A program made the position numbers and the translations under genes. The notes under the pieces were generated by a model. That model had not been told where the DNA came from, did not search any database, and worked only from the letters and a program-made list of their open reading frames with translations. From Gemmatimonadota bacterium (GTDB lineage: Bacteria > Gemmatimonadota > Gemmatimonadetes > Gemmatimonadales > GWC2-71-9), in assembly GCA_041488455.1 (NCBI GenBank), contig JBGPPG010000006.1, positions 1 through 59,794 of the forward strand: a DNA stretch of 59,794 nucleotides, written 5' to 3'. This document shows positions 51,129-59,794 of the stretch, one piece after another; within the stretch, counting starts at the first letter, position 1, and each line of letters starts with the position of its first letter.

Positions 51129-52150
51129 TGGGGGATCGGCTCGGCTCGACCCTGCGGGGCCCGGGCGAGCGCGAACCCCGGGGACGGAACGGGCTGGAGC
51201 GTTCCGGCGGCGATCGAGTCGGCGGCGGCGCGGACCCTGACTCTCAGCCCAGGGGGCACGAGGTGCTCGAGCCGCTGGTTCGGCTCATAGCGGATGACTC
51301 CGCTTGCGAGTCCGAAGGACTCGACCCGCGGGGAGAACTTGCCGGCTTGAACCTCCCGGGCTACGAGCAGGAACGCGCGAGGCAAATCGATGACAGCCGA
51401 GCCCAGGACGTGCTCGGGCGCGAGCTCGGTCTGGTCGGAATTCGCCCCGAACGCGTAGACGCCTCGCGTTTCCTTGACCGCTTGAAAAAGGCCCAGCGCG
51501 GCGGCATCGGCGTTATGGTGAAACATGTCCGCGCCCACCCGAATGAGCGCCAAGGCCGCCTCCCTCCCGGCCGCCGCATCATCGAAGCTGTTCAGGTAGA
51601 TCTGCCGGGCGTCGACCTTCGGGTTCACCGCCTGCGCACCCCGTACCCAGCCTTCGTATGCGGCTTTGATCGGCGGCAGCTCGATGCCCCCCACGAACCC
51701 GATCACGTTGGACTTGGTCATCCCGCCGGCCACCATGCCGCAGAGGTAGCTCGCTTCTTCCAGCCGGAAGACGAGGGGGGCGACGTTACCGACGGCTCGC
51801 TCGCCTGACGTCACAATCAAGACAGGTTTGGGATACTGTCGCGACACTCTCTCTGCGGCACCCTGAAATTCAAAGCCGTGTGCGAACACGAGATCGTACC
51901 CCTGCGCTGCATAGGTCCGGAGTGCCTCCTCCTGTTCGGCCGGCGTCCGGGCTTCAACCTGGGAGACGCGGACTTTGAGGGAATCGCGGATCTGGAGGAG
52001 CCCCTTGTACGCTCCCGAGTTCCAGGCGGCGTCGGCGATCGAGCCGGGGGTAATCAGGCCCACGCGCATTCCGGGCGAGGAGGGCCCGGGCCGTCCGCAG
52101 GCGATCAGCGACATAAGAGCAGCAACGCGACATAAACGCGCCAGAATCAA
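51125..52150 (-). CDS. BMP family ABC substrate-binding lipoprotein
   Basis: AAGGAG RBS before TTG, lipobox LIAC, D..WN...Y.G, HGFEF and GFVGG. Confidence 0.9.
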   Translation of the reverse strand: MILARLCRVAALMSLIACGRPGPSSPGMRVGLITPGSIADAAWNSGAYKGLLQIRDSLKVRVSQVEARTPAEQEEALRTYAAQGYDLVFAHGFEFQGAAERVSRQYPKPVLIVTSGERAVGNVAPLVFRLEEASYLCGMVAGGMTKSNVIGFVGGIELPPIKAAYEGWVRGAQAVNPKVDARQIYLNSFDDAAAGREAALALIRVGADMFHHNADAAALGLFQAVKETRGVYAFGANSDQTELAPEHVLGSAVIDLPRAFLLVAREVQAGKFSPRVESFGLASGVIRYEPNQRLEHLVPPGLRVRVRAAADSIAAGTLQPVPSPGFALARAPQGRAEPIPQ

Positions 52151-52191
52151 GACAACTCCTTATTTGTCAGTTTATTGAGCTATACAACAGA

Positions 52192-52605
52192 TCAGCCGTT
52201 TGTGCCACCGAGCTCGACTGCCTGGTCCTGGATTCGAACCTCCCCCGTCACTTTCCCCCCCTCCATGACTGCGATCCTTGGAGTGATGATGTTGCCGGTG
52301 ACCGTCGCCGTCGGCTGGAGCTCGACCCGCTCCGTCGCGTGGATCGAGCCGACGACTTCGCCACCTACTATCGCTTCCTTCGTATGCAGGTCGCCCTCAA
52401 GCTGGGCCCCCTGCCCGATCAGGACCTGGCTCCCTGCCCGCACGGTGCCGCGGACCCGGCCCTCGATCCGAATGAGGCCCTCCGTCTCCAGGTCGCCCAC
52501 GATCGTCATGTCTTTCGCCACGATCGAAAAGGGCATCTGGTCGCTACGCCGACGACGCAGCTCGTTTCCCTGGTCGTCGCGGGCGGGATTGGCGAAGAGG
52601 CTCAT
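52192..52605 (-). CDS. bactofilin (polymer-forming cytoskeletal protein)
   Basis: SIV.....I.GDL.....IRIEG.V.G and V.G.I.A..RVEL...A.V.GNI repeats. Confidence 0.88.
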   Translation of the reverse strand: MSLFANPARDDQGNELRRRRSDQMPFSIVAKDMTIVGDLETEGLIRIEGRVRGTVRAGSQVLIGQGAQLEGDLHTKEAIVGGEVVGSIHATERVELQPTATVTGNIITPRIAVMEGGKVTGEVRIQDQAVELGGTNG

Positions 52606-53396
52606 TGTCTGCCCTCCTTGACCATGGTCAGGGGATCGAGCGTCGTCCCCTGCCGGCGGATTTCGAAGTGGAGATGGGGTGCCGAGGATCGGCCGGTGTT
52701 GCCGCTGAGTCCGATCACCTGGCCGGCGGCCACGGTGTCCCCCTGCGCGACCAGCCGGCGTGAGAGGTGGCCGTACATGGACTGGTAGCCTTCGGAATGC
52801 TGGAGCAGGACGAACCACCCGTACTCGGGATCCTGACCGGTCTGGCCGACGGTCCCGCCCCCCGCGGCGCGCACAACGCTGCCGGTGGGGACCGCGATGT
52901 CGATCCCGGGATGAGCCTGGTCCCCGGCGCTGTCCCCTACCTGGCCCCGAGTGAGGAACCCGGTGTCGTCGAGCGGCCAGTAGTGGGGTTGGCCGCCGGC
53001 GGCGAACCGCGGGCCGGCTGAGCGGGGATAGGCTCGGATCGCGGGGGCAACCGGGAGAGTCGCGGCATGGCGCAGCGGGTCGGGCACGATGTCAGCGCCG
53101 ATCATCTTCCGCACCTGGGCGTAGCGCTGCTCCAGGCTGTCCACCGCCGCGCTGAGTGCTACGATCTTGGCGTTCTCCGCCTGGAGGCGGGCGACGTCGC
53201 GCTGGAGGCCTGGAACTCTGGCCGCTGCGCGGGCAATGGGCCCGTAGAAAGCGATGGCCCCCACCAGGAGCACACCGGTGATCATCGTCCCGATGGCTAC
53301 TGCCCGCACCGTCCAGACCGGGATCCGGAACGTGCGCGACTCGAGCGCGCCGTCCCGCTGCACCATGATGGTGTAGGCCCGGGCCCCCGGGGTCAT
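52602..53396 (-). CDS. M23 family metallopeptidase
   Basis: TM helix plus coiled coil, H.GIDIA, YGHL and GNTGRSSAPHLHFE. Confidence 0.92.
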   Translation of the reverse strand: MTPGARAYTIMVQRDGALESRTFRIPVWTVRAVAIGTMITGVLLVGAIAFYGPIARAAARVPGLQRDVARLQAENAKIVALSAAVDSLEQRYAQVRKMIGADIVPDPLRHAATLPVAPAIRAYPRSAGPRFAAGGQPHYWPLDDTGFLTRGQVGDSAGDQAHPGIDIAVPTGSVVRAAGGGTVGQTGQDPEYGWFVLLQHSEGYQSMYGHLSRRLVAQGDTVAAGQVIGLSGNTGRSSAPHLHFEIRRQGTTLDPLTMVKEGRQ

Positions 53397-54262
53397 CCAG
53401 CGAACGGCTCGCCCAGAATGAGCTCCAGTACGCGGGCGAGGTCGTCGTTGGAATAGTAGCTGATGGCGAGGACGCCGCGACCCCGGCGGCCCGCGTGAAT
53501 CCGGACGTCCGTCCCGAGCCGCCCGCGAAGAGCCTCTTCCACCCGACGCCCCTCCGGCGTGAGCGGCCGCGGCTCGCGCCGCCGACCCCGGCTCCGGCCC
53601 TCGCCGCGCACGCGGGATTCCACTTCACGGACCGACCATCCGTCCGCGACTGCCCGCTTGGCCACGCGGATGACCGCATCGGGCTGCTCGAGCGCGAGCA
53701 ACGCCCGGGCGTGTCCCTCCGAAAGCTTTCCCTCGTGCACGAGCGCCTGCACTTCCTCCGGGAGCTTGAGCAATCGGAGGAGATTGGCGATGGTGGCCCG
53801 GTGCCGGCCGATGGCGCGGGCCACGTCCGCCTGCGAGAGCGTGAACTCCTCCATCAGTCGCCGATATCCCTGCGCCTCGTCGATGGGCGAGAGATCGTCG
53901 CGCTGGAGGTTCTCGACCAGGGCGAGCGTGAGGAGCGTCTGATCGTCCACGTCCTTGACCACCGCCGGCACGGTTGCCCAGCCGAGGCGCTGTACGGCGC
54001 GCCAGCGTCGCTCGCCCGCGATCAGCTCGTACCCGCCGTCGCTCGGTCGGACGACGATCGGCTGGAGCAGGCCGGACGACTCTATGGATGCGGTTAGCTC
54101 AGCCAGGGCTCCCTCGTCCAGGCGCGTCCGCGGCTGGAAGGGGTTCGGCCGTACGCCGCTCACCGCAAGCTCGCGGAGCGCTCCGGTGGCCTCCGCCTGC
54201 TCACGGCTGATCGGGCCGAGGAGCGCTTCGAGCCCCCGGCCCAGCCGTTTCGTTTCCGTCAT
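53393..54262 (-). CDS. parB: chromosome partitioning protein ParB
   Basis: LGRGL.ALL, NPFQPR, IAGERRWRA and ENLQR.DL. Confidence 0.95.
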   Translation of the reverse strand: MTETKRLGRGLEALLGPISREQAEATGALRELAVSGVRPNPFQPRTRLDEGALAELTASIESSGLLQPIVVRPSDGGYELIAGERRWRAVQRLGWATVPAVVKDVDDQTLLTLALVENLQRDDLSPIDEAQGYRRLMEEFTLSQADVARAIGRHRATIANLLRLLKLPEEVQALVHEGKLSEGHARALLALEQPDAVIRVAKRAVADGWSVREVESRVRGEGRSRGRRREPRPLTPEGRRVEEALRGRLGTDVRIHAGRRGRGVLAISYYSNDDLARVLELILGEPFAG

Positions 54263-55074
54263 CTGATCACCTCGGGGAGTGGCGGCGCCGGCTCCGAGAC
54301 CGGCGGGCTCTCGAGGCGGTGGAGCAGCTCCTGCGCAACCGCGAGGTAGCTCTTCGCCCCGACCGACTGCACGTCGTACAGCAGGATGGGCTTGCCGAAG
54401 CTCGGAGCCTCGGCGAGCCGGACGTTCCTCGGCACCGGGGTACGGAACACCTTGGCGCCGAAGTATTCCTTCGCATCCTCCGCGACCTGACGGCAGAGAT
54501 TGAGGCGTGAGTCATACATCGTGAGCAGCACGCCGTCGATCGCGAGCGGAGGATTGAAATTCTGTTGGACGAGTCGGACGGTGTTCAACAGCTGCGAAAT
54601 GCCCTCGAGGGCGTAGTACTCACACTGAATGGGAATGAGCACGCCGTGCGAAGCGGTGAGGACGTTGAGCGTGATGAGGCCGAGCGAGGGGGGACAGTCG
54701 ATGATCACGACATCGTAGTCGTTTTCGATCGGCTCGAGGGCGGCGCGCAGGGCGCGCTCCCGGCCTTCGCGATTCACCAGCTCGAGCTCTGCGCCGACGA
54801 GATCCTGTGTCGCCGGCAGGACGTCGAGATGGGGGAGGGCATCGTGATGCAGGATGGCGTCGCTGACCCGCCGACCATCCACCATCGCGTCGTAGAGGGA
54901 AAAACGGACGGAGCCCTTGAGAATTCCTATACCGCTCGTCGCATTTCCCTGCGGATCGGCATCTACGAGAAGCGTGCGGCGTTCCGCGATCGCGAGCGAG
55001 GCGGCGAGGTTTACAGCGGTCGTCGTCTTGCCGACGCCGCCCTTTTGGTTCGCGATCGAGATGATTCTAGTCAT
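54259..55074 (-). CDS. parA: chromosome partitioning ATPase ParA/Soj
   Basis: NQKGGVGKTT, DPQGNA, DCPPSLG, QCEYYALEG and RNVRLAEAPS. Confidence 0.95.
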   Translation of the reverse strand: MTRIISIANQKGGVGKTTTAVNLAASLAIAERRTLLVDADPQGNATSGIGILKGSVRFSLYDAMVDGRRVSDAILHHDALPHLDVLPATQDLVGAELELVNREGRERALRAALEPIENDYDVVIIDCPPSLGLITLNVLTASHGVLIPIQCEYYALEGISQLLNTVRLVQQNFNPPLAIDGVLLTMYDSRLNLCRQVAEDAKEYFGAKVFRTPVPRNVRLAEAPSFGKPILLYDVQSVGAKSYLAVAQELLHRLESPPVSEPAPPLPEVIR

Positions 55075-55171
55075 CTATAGCCAGTAAGCTATTGCGATAT
55101 ATGCGTTTAAGTGCAACGTAAGCAGCGGCGCCGGTGAGGGGCGTCCGATGGCCGATGGGCGTGTGCAACGA

Positions 55172-55199
55172 AATATAGGAATGACACCTGGATGGGCAA
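55172..55199 (-). promoter_or_regulatory. sigma70-type promoter for parAB
   Basis: Minus strand reads TTGCCC-N16-TATATT. Confidence 0.5.
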
Positions 55200-55211
55200 T
55201 GACGGAGGACC

Positions 55212-55227
55212 GGTTTCACGTGAAACC
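55212..55227. promoter_or_regulatory. parS site
   Basis: GGTTTCACGTGAAACC palindrome. Confidence 0.88.
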
Positions 55228-55291
55228 GGGTCCTTACCATGGCGGAGTTGGCGCCGACTAGTGGTCGGCTGTTGGCTGGGATGTTCCGTCG

Positions 55292-57169
55292 TCAGCGGGC
55301 TGTTTCACGTGAAACATTCTCGCGCAGCCGCAATACCGCGATGACCAGGTTCTGAAGGTCGCTCGGAGACACCCCGGGAATCCGCCCCGCCTGCCCGATC
55401 GTCGCTGGACGCGTCGCGGACAGCTTTTCCCGCGCCTCGTACGAAACCGTCGCCAGGCGTTCGTAGCCAAGCTCCGGCGGCAACCGGAACCCGTCGAGCT
55501 CCGCCAGGCGAGCCGCCGCCTCACGCTCCCGCACCAGGTAGCCGGAGTACTTGATCTCCACCTCAGCCGACAGACACGCCTCGTCGGACACCTCGGCCAC
55601 ACCGGCGGCGCGTAGCAGCCCGGCAAGCGAGACGCCGGGCCGCCTCACGAGCCGTGCGATTCGCTCCGGAGTCGAGATCTCCTCGCCTGCGCACGAGAGT
55701 AGCGGGTTCGCCTCCGCCGGGCGGATTGTGGTCGCCACCGCTGCCGCCCCCATGCGGTCTTCCTGGTCCAGCCGAGCGTGCGCGACCTCCAACTCCTCCT
55801 GCGAGAGAAGCCCCAGCCGCTCCGCCACCGGAAGCAACCGGCGCAGCGCATTGTCCTGCCGCAACAACAACCGGTACTCGGCCCGCGAGGTGAACAGCCG
55901 ATAGGGCTCGTCCACGCCCCGCGTAACCAGATCATCCACGAGAATGCCGATGAACGCCTCGTCCCGCCGCAGCACCACCGGATCCGTACCCAGCGCACGG
56001 GCCGCCCCGTTGAGACCCGCGATGACGCCTTGGCCGGCGGCCTCCTCGTAACCAGTCGTGCCGTTTACCTGACCGGCCAGGAACAGCCCCTCCACGTCCC
56101 GTACCTCGAACGTCGCCCGGAGCTGCGTCGGTGGGACATAGTCGTACTCGATGGCATACCCAGGGCGCGTCATGTCCGCCCGCTCGAGCCCCCGGACGGT
56201 TCGCAGCATCGCCAGCTGCACGTCGCTCGGCAGCGACGTCGACAGGCCGTTCACGTAGATCTCGCGCGTGTCCAGCCCCTCCGGCTCGAGGAAGATCTGG
56301 TGCCGTTCCGCATTCGGGAACTTCACGATCTTGTCCTCGATCGATGGACAGTATCTCGGACCCCGGCCGCTTATCGCTCCACCATACAACGCGGACTCGC
56401 CGATGTGCCCGGCCACCAGATCGCGCAGCCGTCCGTCGGTCCACGTCAGGTAGCAGGGGAGTTGTGGCGGGTGCTCGGCGCGCTCGAACGAAGAGAACCA
56501 GTAAGGATCGGGGTCGCCGTCCTGTCGCTCTAGGCTGGCAAGGTCCGCGGTCCGGCCGTCGATACGAGGTGGGGTTCCCGTCTTGAAGCGGCGAACAGTA
56601 AGTCCAACATTCACAAGAGCTTGCGATACATCTACCGAGGCAGGTTCACCGGCCCGGCCGGCCGAGATCCGGGTGGCAAGCCCGAGGTGGATCTGGCCGC
56701 GAAGGAAGGTGCCAGCCGTCAGCACGACTGCCCGCGCACCGAACCGTCGACCATCCGTGGTGACGACCCCGGCGATCGCCGCGCCGCGCACCACGAGCTC
56801 GGACACTGTCCCCTGCGCAAAGGCGAGCCGTGGCTGGCGTTCAAGCACCGCGCGCACCGCTCTGCGATAGAGCCCCCGGTCGCATTGGGCCCGCGGCGAC
56901 CAGACCGCCGGTCCCTTCGACTGATTGAGCATCCGGAATTGGATCCGGGCGAGATCGGTGGCCCGCCCCATCACGCCGCCGAGCGCGTCTACTTCGCGAA
57001 CGACGGTGCCCTTCGCGATCCCGCCGATGGCGGGATTGCACGACATCTGACCGATGGTCTCGAGATTCTGGGTGAGGAGCAGCGTGCGGGCGCCCGCGCG
57101 CGATGCCAGCGCGGCCGCTTCAGCGCCGGCATGCCCGCCCCCGATGACGACGACGTCGAAGTCCGTCAT
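55292..57169 (-). CDS. mnmG: tRNA uridine-5-carboxymethylaminomethyl modification enzyme
   Basis: [38 protein letters not shown] and [13 protein letters not shown]. Confidence 0.96.
   Translation of the reverse strand: MTDFDVVVIGGGHAGAEAAALASRAGARTLLLTQNLETIGQMSCNPAIGGIAKGTVVREVDALGGVMGRATDLARIQFRMLNQSKGPAVWSPRAQCDRGLYRRAVRAVLERQPRLAFAQGTVSELVVRGAAIAGVVTTDGRRFGARAVVLTAGTFLRGQIHLGLATRISAGRAGEPASVDVSQALVNVGLTVRRFKTGTPPRIDGRTADLASLERQDGDPDPYWFSSFERAEHPPQLPCYLTWTDGRLRDLVAGHIGESALYGGAISGRGPRYCPSIEDKIVKFPNAERHQIFLEPEGLDTREIYVNGLSTSLPSDVQLAMLRTVRGLERADMTRPGYAIEYDYVPPTQLRATFEVRDVEGLFLAGQVNGTTGYEEAAGQGVIAGLNGAARALGTDPVVLRRDEAFIGILVDDLVTRGVDEPYRLFTSRAEYRLLLRQDNALRRLLPVAERLGLLSQEELEVAHARLDQEDRMGAAAVATTIRPAEANPLLSCAGEEISTPERIARLVRRPGVSLAGLLRAAGVAEVSDEACLSAEVEIKYSGYLVREREAAARLAELDGFRLPPELGYERLATVSYEAREKLSATRPATIGQAGRIPGVSPSDLQNLVIAVLRLRENVSRETAR
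55301..55316. promoter_or_regulatory. parS site (consensus) inside the mnmG 3' end
   Basis: TGTTTCACGTGAAACA. Confidence 0.92.
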
Positions 57170-57193
57170 GCCGCGGACCTCACTGCGGGCCGT

Positions 57194-57478
57194 TCAGCCG
57201 CCGGCGGCGCTCAGAGGGACCAGGCTGGCCACCTCGCCGGACGGCACCAGCAGATGCTTGCGCTCGGCGCGCACGCCGAACTTGAGCGTCCGCCGAATGA
57301 ACTCGTCCTTGGACAATGCGGGGTCTCCCGCGTCGTGGACCGCGACATCGAGCAGGTGGACGCCGCCTTCGTCCTGCGTGTCGAAGCGTCCAACGTACGT
57401 GCGCGGGCCGGTGGTCGCGAGCACCACCGTGACACCATGCAACGCGTGATGCCCTTGGTGAAAGACGTGCCCGCTCAC
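57194..57478 (-). CDS. small hypothetical protein with His-rich N-terminus and possible Sm/LSm-like beta fold
   Basis: GTG start 1 nt after the brx stop. It reads MSGHVFHQGHHALHGVTVVLATTGPRTYVGRFD...VHLLDV. Confidence 0.7.
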   Translation of the reverse strand: MSGHVFHQGHHALHGVTVVLATTGPRTYVGRFDTQDEGGVHLLDVAVHDAGDPALSKDEFIRRTLKFGVRAERKHLLVPSGEVASLVPLSAAGG

Positions 57479-57479
57479 G

Positions 57480-57908
57480 TCACACCGTCGCGCCGCAGAA
57501 CTTGTCGAAGGCCGTCGTGAGGTTGGCCGCCACCGTCTGCGGCGACTGCCCCTCGATCTGATGCCGGTGGATGAAGTGCACGACTTCACCATCCCGAAAG
57601 AGCGCCATCGAGGGGGAGCTGGGCTGATAATCGCTGAAGTACTGGCGCGCCCGGGTCGTCGCATCCAGATCCTGGCCCGCGAACACCGTGACGATCTGCT
57701 GCGGCCGGATGCTGTGCTTCAGCGCGTGCGCGAGCGCTGGCCGAGCGTTGCCCGCCGCACATCCGCAGACCGAGTTGACGAAGACCAGCGTGGTCCCCTT
57801 GGGGTCGCCGAGTGCCTCGTCCACCTCGGCCACCGTCTTCAGCTCCTTGGCACCCATCCGCACCATCTCATCCCGCATGGGAGCGACGAGTCGGGGATCG
57901 TAGGGCAT
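57480..57908 (-). CDS. BrxA/BrxB family bacilliredoxin
   Basis: PMR.E, NSVCGCAAG.ARP, TVFAGQD, PSSPS.ALF and RH.IEG. Confidence 0.92.
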   Translation of the reverse strand: MPYDPRLVAPMRDEMVRMGAKELKTVAEVDEALGDPKGTTLVFVNSVCGCAAGNARPALAHALKHSIRPQQIVTVFAGQDLDATTRARQYFSDYQPSSPSMALFRDGEVVHFIHRHQIEGQSPQTVAANLTTAFDKFCGATV

Positions 57909-57948
57909 CTTACCAGACTCCTTTGAAGTTCAGTTCTCTGTCACCGCT

Positions 57949-58401
57949 CTATTCCGTCGACACCTGCTCCGGGCCCTGCTCCAGCGCAGCGTTGAGCGCG
58001 TGCCAGGATAGCGTGGCGCACTTCACCCGGACCGGAAACGACGAGATCCCCGAGAAGACGGCCAGCTTGCCGAGGTCCTCCCGACGGCCGTCGCCGGCCG
58101 ACTTGCCGGTCACGACCTCGTGGAAGCGCTGGAACAGCCGCTGCACCTCCGCCCGCGTCCTCCCCTTCACCGCCGCTGTCATGAGCGACGCCGACGCCTT
58201 GGAGATCGCGCACCCCGAGCCCTCGAAGCTCGCGTCGGCGATCACATCGCCATCCAGCTTGAGCCACACGGTGATCTGGTCGCCGCACAGCGGATTGCGC
58301 CCCTCGGCGTGGCGGTCCGCGTCGTCCATGCGCCGGAAGTTTCGGGGCGCACGGTTGTGCTCCAGGATCACGTCCTGATACAGCGCGCTCGTCCCCGTCA
58401 T
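57949..58401 (-). CDS. sufU: SUF system Fe-S assembly sulfur-transfer protein (NifU/SufU family)
   Basis: LYQDVIL.H...PRN, NPLCGD, GCAISKASAS and RVKCATL.W. Confidence 0.92.
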   Translation of the reverse strand: MTGTSALYQDVILEHNRAPRNFRRMDDADRHAEGRNPLCGDQITVWLKLDGDVIADASFEGSGCAISKASASLMTAAVKGRTRAEVQRLFQRFHEVVTGKSAGDGRREDLGKLAVFSGISSFPVRVKCATLSWHALNAALEQGPEQVSTE

Positions 58402-59663
58402 TGCGCGAATACCTGCTTCACCTTGAAGAGTCCGGCGACCAGAGCATCCACTTCGGCGCGGGTGTTGTACAGCGCGAACGACGCGCGCGCCGTCGCGGCC
58501 ACACCGAACCGCTGCATCACGGGCTGGGCGCAATGATGGCCCGCGCGAATCGCGACGCCCTCGAGATCCAGCACCTGGCCGACGTCGTGCGCATGCACGC
58601 CGTCGAGTCCGAAGCTGAGGATGCTCGCCCGTTCCGGCGCCGTTCCGATCAGCGTCACCCCGGGGATCCGTCCCACCTCGGCGGTGGCGTAGCGGAGCAG
58701 CTCATCCTCGTGGGCGGCGACCGTGTCGAGCCCGATCGCGGAGAGCCAGTCAACGGCCGCGCCGAGTCCGACCGCGCCGGCGATGTGCGGGGTGCCCGCC
58801 TCGAATTTGGCCGGCAACGCGGCCCAGGTGGAGCGCTCGAACGTGACCGATGAGATCATGTCACCGCCACCCTGCCACGGGGGCATGCGGTCGAGCAGCG
58901 CCTCGCGTCCGTAGAGCACACCGATGCCGGTGGGGCCGAACAGCTTGTGGCCCGAAAACACGAAGAAGTCGCAGTCGAGCGCCCGCACGTCAACGGCCAG
59001 GTGCGGGGCGGACTGCGCGCCGTCCACCAGCACCGGGATGCCGCGGCTGTGCGCGGCTGCCGTAATCCGCCGGATCGGGTTCACGGTGCCCAGCGCATTC
59101 GACAGATGCACGACCGACACCAGCCGGGTGCGCGCACCAAGGAGGCGCTCGAACGCCGCGACGTCGAGCTCGCCCGCGTCGGTCAGTGGCGCCACCCGGA
59201 GCACGATCCCTGTCTGCTCGGCCAGGAGCTGCCAGGGTACGATGTTCGAGTGGTGCTCCATGCCGGTGATGAGGATTTCGTCGCCCGGGCGCACCACCGA
59301 CCGCGCGTAGCTCTGCGCGACGAGGTTGATGCCTTCCGTCGCCCCCCGAACGAAGACGATCTCGCGGATCGACCCGGCGTTCAGAAAGCGTGCAACCTTC
59401 TCCCGGGCGCCCTCGTAGGCTTCCGTCGCTTGCTGGCTGAGGTAGTGCACCCCGCGATGGATGTTCGCGTTCTCGGTCATGTAGTACCCGAGCACCGCGT
59501 CCAGGACCGCCCGCGGCTTCTGCGTCGTGGCGGCATTGTCGAGGTACACAAGCGGCTTTCCGTGCACCCGCGTGGCCAGGATGGGGAATTCGGCGCGCAC
59601 CCGCGCGACGTCGAAGCGGGCGGCGGCGGTGCGTGAGCCGGAGGCGACCGACGTGGCGGGCAT
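58398..59663 (-). CDS. sufS: cysteine desulfurase, SufS family
   Basis: YLDNAATTQKP, HRGVH, EHHSN, SGHK and RAGHHCA. Confidence 0.95.
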   Translation of the reverse strand: MPATSVASGSRTAAARFDVARVRAEFPILATRVHGKPLVYLDNAATTQKPRAVLDAVLGYYMTENANIHRGVHYLSQQATEAYEGAREKVARFLNAGSIREIVFVRGATEGINLVAQSYARSVVRPGDEILITGMEHHSNIVPWQLLAEQTGIVLRVAPLTDAGELDVAAFERLLGARTRLVSVVHLSNALGTVNPIRRITAAAHSRGIPVLVDGAQSAPHLAVDVRALDCDFFVFSGHKLFGPTGIGVLYGREALLDRMPPWQGGGDMISSVTFERSTWAALPAKFEAGTPHIAGAVGLGAAVDWLSAIGLDTVAAHEDELLRYATAEVGRIPGVTLIGTAPERASILSFGLDGVHAHDVGQVLDLEGVAIRAGHHCAQPVMQRFGVAATARASFALYNTRAEVDALVAGLFKVKQVFAQ

Positions 59664-59673
59664 CGCGGACTCG

Positions 59674-59794
59674 TTACTCGACGTAGCCCAAGCGGGTGAG
59701 CACGAGCCGGTTCAACTCATTTCGCACCGGCTCCAGAGCGACCTCATCCACCACCTCCGCCGCGAACGCGTACGTGAGGATCTTCCGCGCAGCC
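59674..59794 (-). CDS. sufD: Fe-S cluster assembly protein SufD, C-terminal part (truncated by the window)
   Basis: AARKILTYAFAAEVVDEVALEPVRNELNRLVLTRLGYVE-TAA, directly upstream of sufS. Confidence 0.8.
   Translation of the reverse strand, partial: AARKILTYAFAAEVVDEVALEPVRNELNRLVLTRLGYVE

Noticed and set aside
55075-55290. oriC in the AT-richer gap upstream of parA
   Set aside because: No DnaA boxes (TTATCCACA) or DUE repeats were seen. Only parS, a promoter and a GTGCAACG direct repeat are present.

Overview
GC-rich (about 70% by eye) bacterial chromosomal segment. Gene content and order suggest a Gemmatimonadota-like organism, which is inference. It is probably close to the origin, since it carries mnmG-parS-parA-parB. 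About 60 CDS, mostly housekeeping: selD read through an in-frame UGA, rnhA, msrB, thiolase/hbd, thyX, an EF-G paralogue, copZ-copA-csoR, ndh, queG, a nucleoside-type ABC transporter and the 3' end of a suf operon. No rRNA, tRNA, CRISPR array or transposase was seen. The stand-out region is 15889-24066, two divergent arms each preceded by a sigma54-type promoter (GG-N10-GC). Each arm has a small lipoprotein with a ZU5-like signature that ends in (H/G)F-SRYA(V/L)AY-stop. Each lipoprotein is followed immediately by a TPR protein, and one TPR protein is fused to an intact HD-GYP phosphodiesterase. An orphan peptide-binding protein lies between the arms, and a sigma54 activator with a pseudo-receiver domain sits in the right arm. 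This is proposed, as a hypothesis, to be an autoproteolysis-released heptapeptide signalling system. Other notable items are a possible attenuator plus CTG starts in an ATP-grasp/ATP-grasp/GNAT operon, a deoxyhypusine-synthase-like operon, heptamer repeat tracts, and a parS site inside the mnmG reading frame. All calls come from reading motifs by eye, and no database searches were run.
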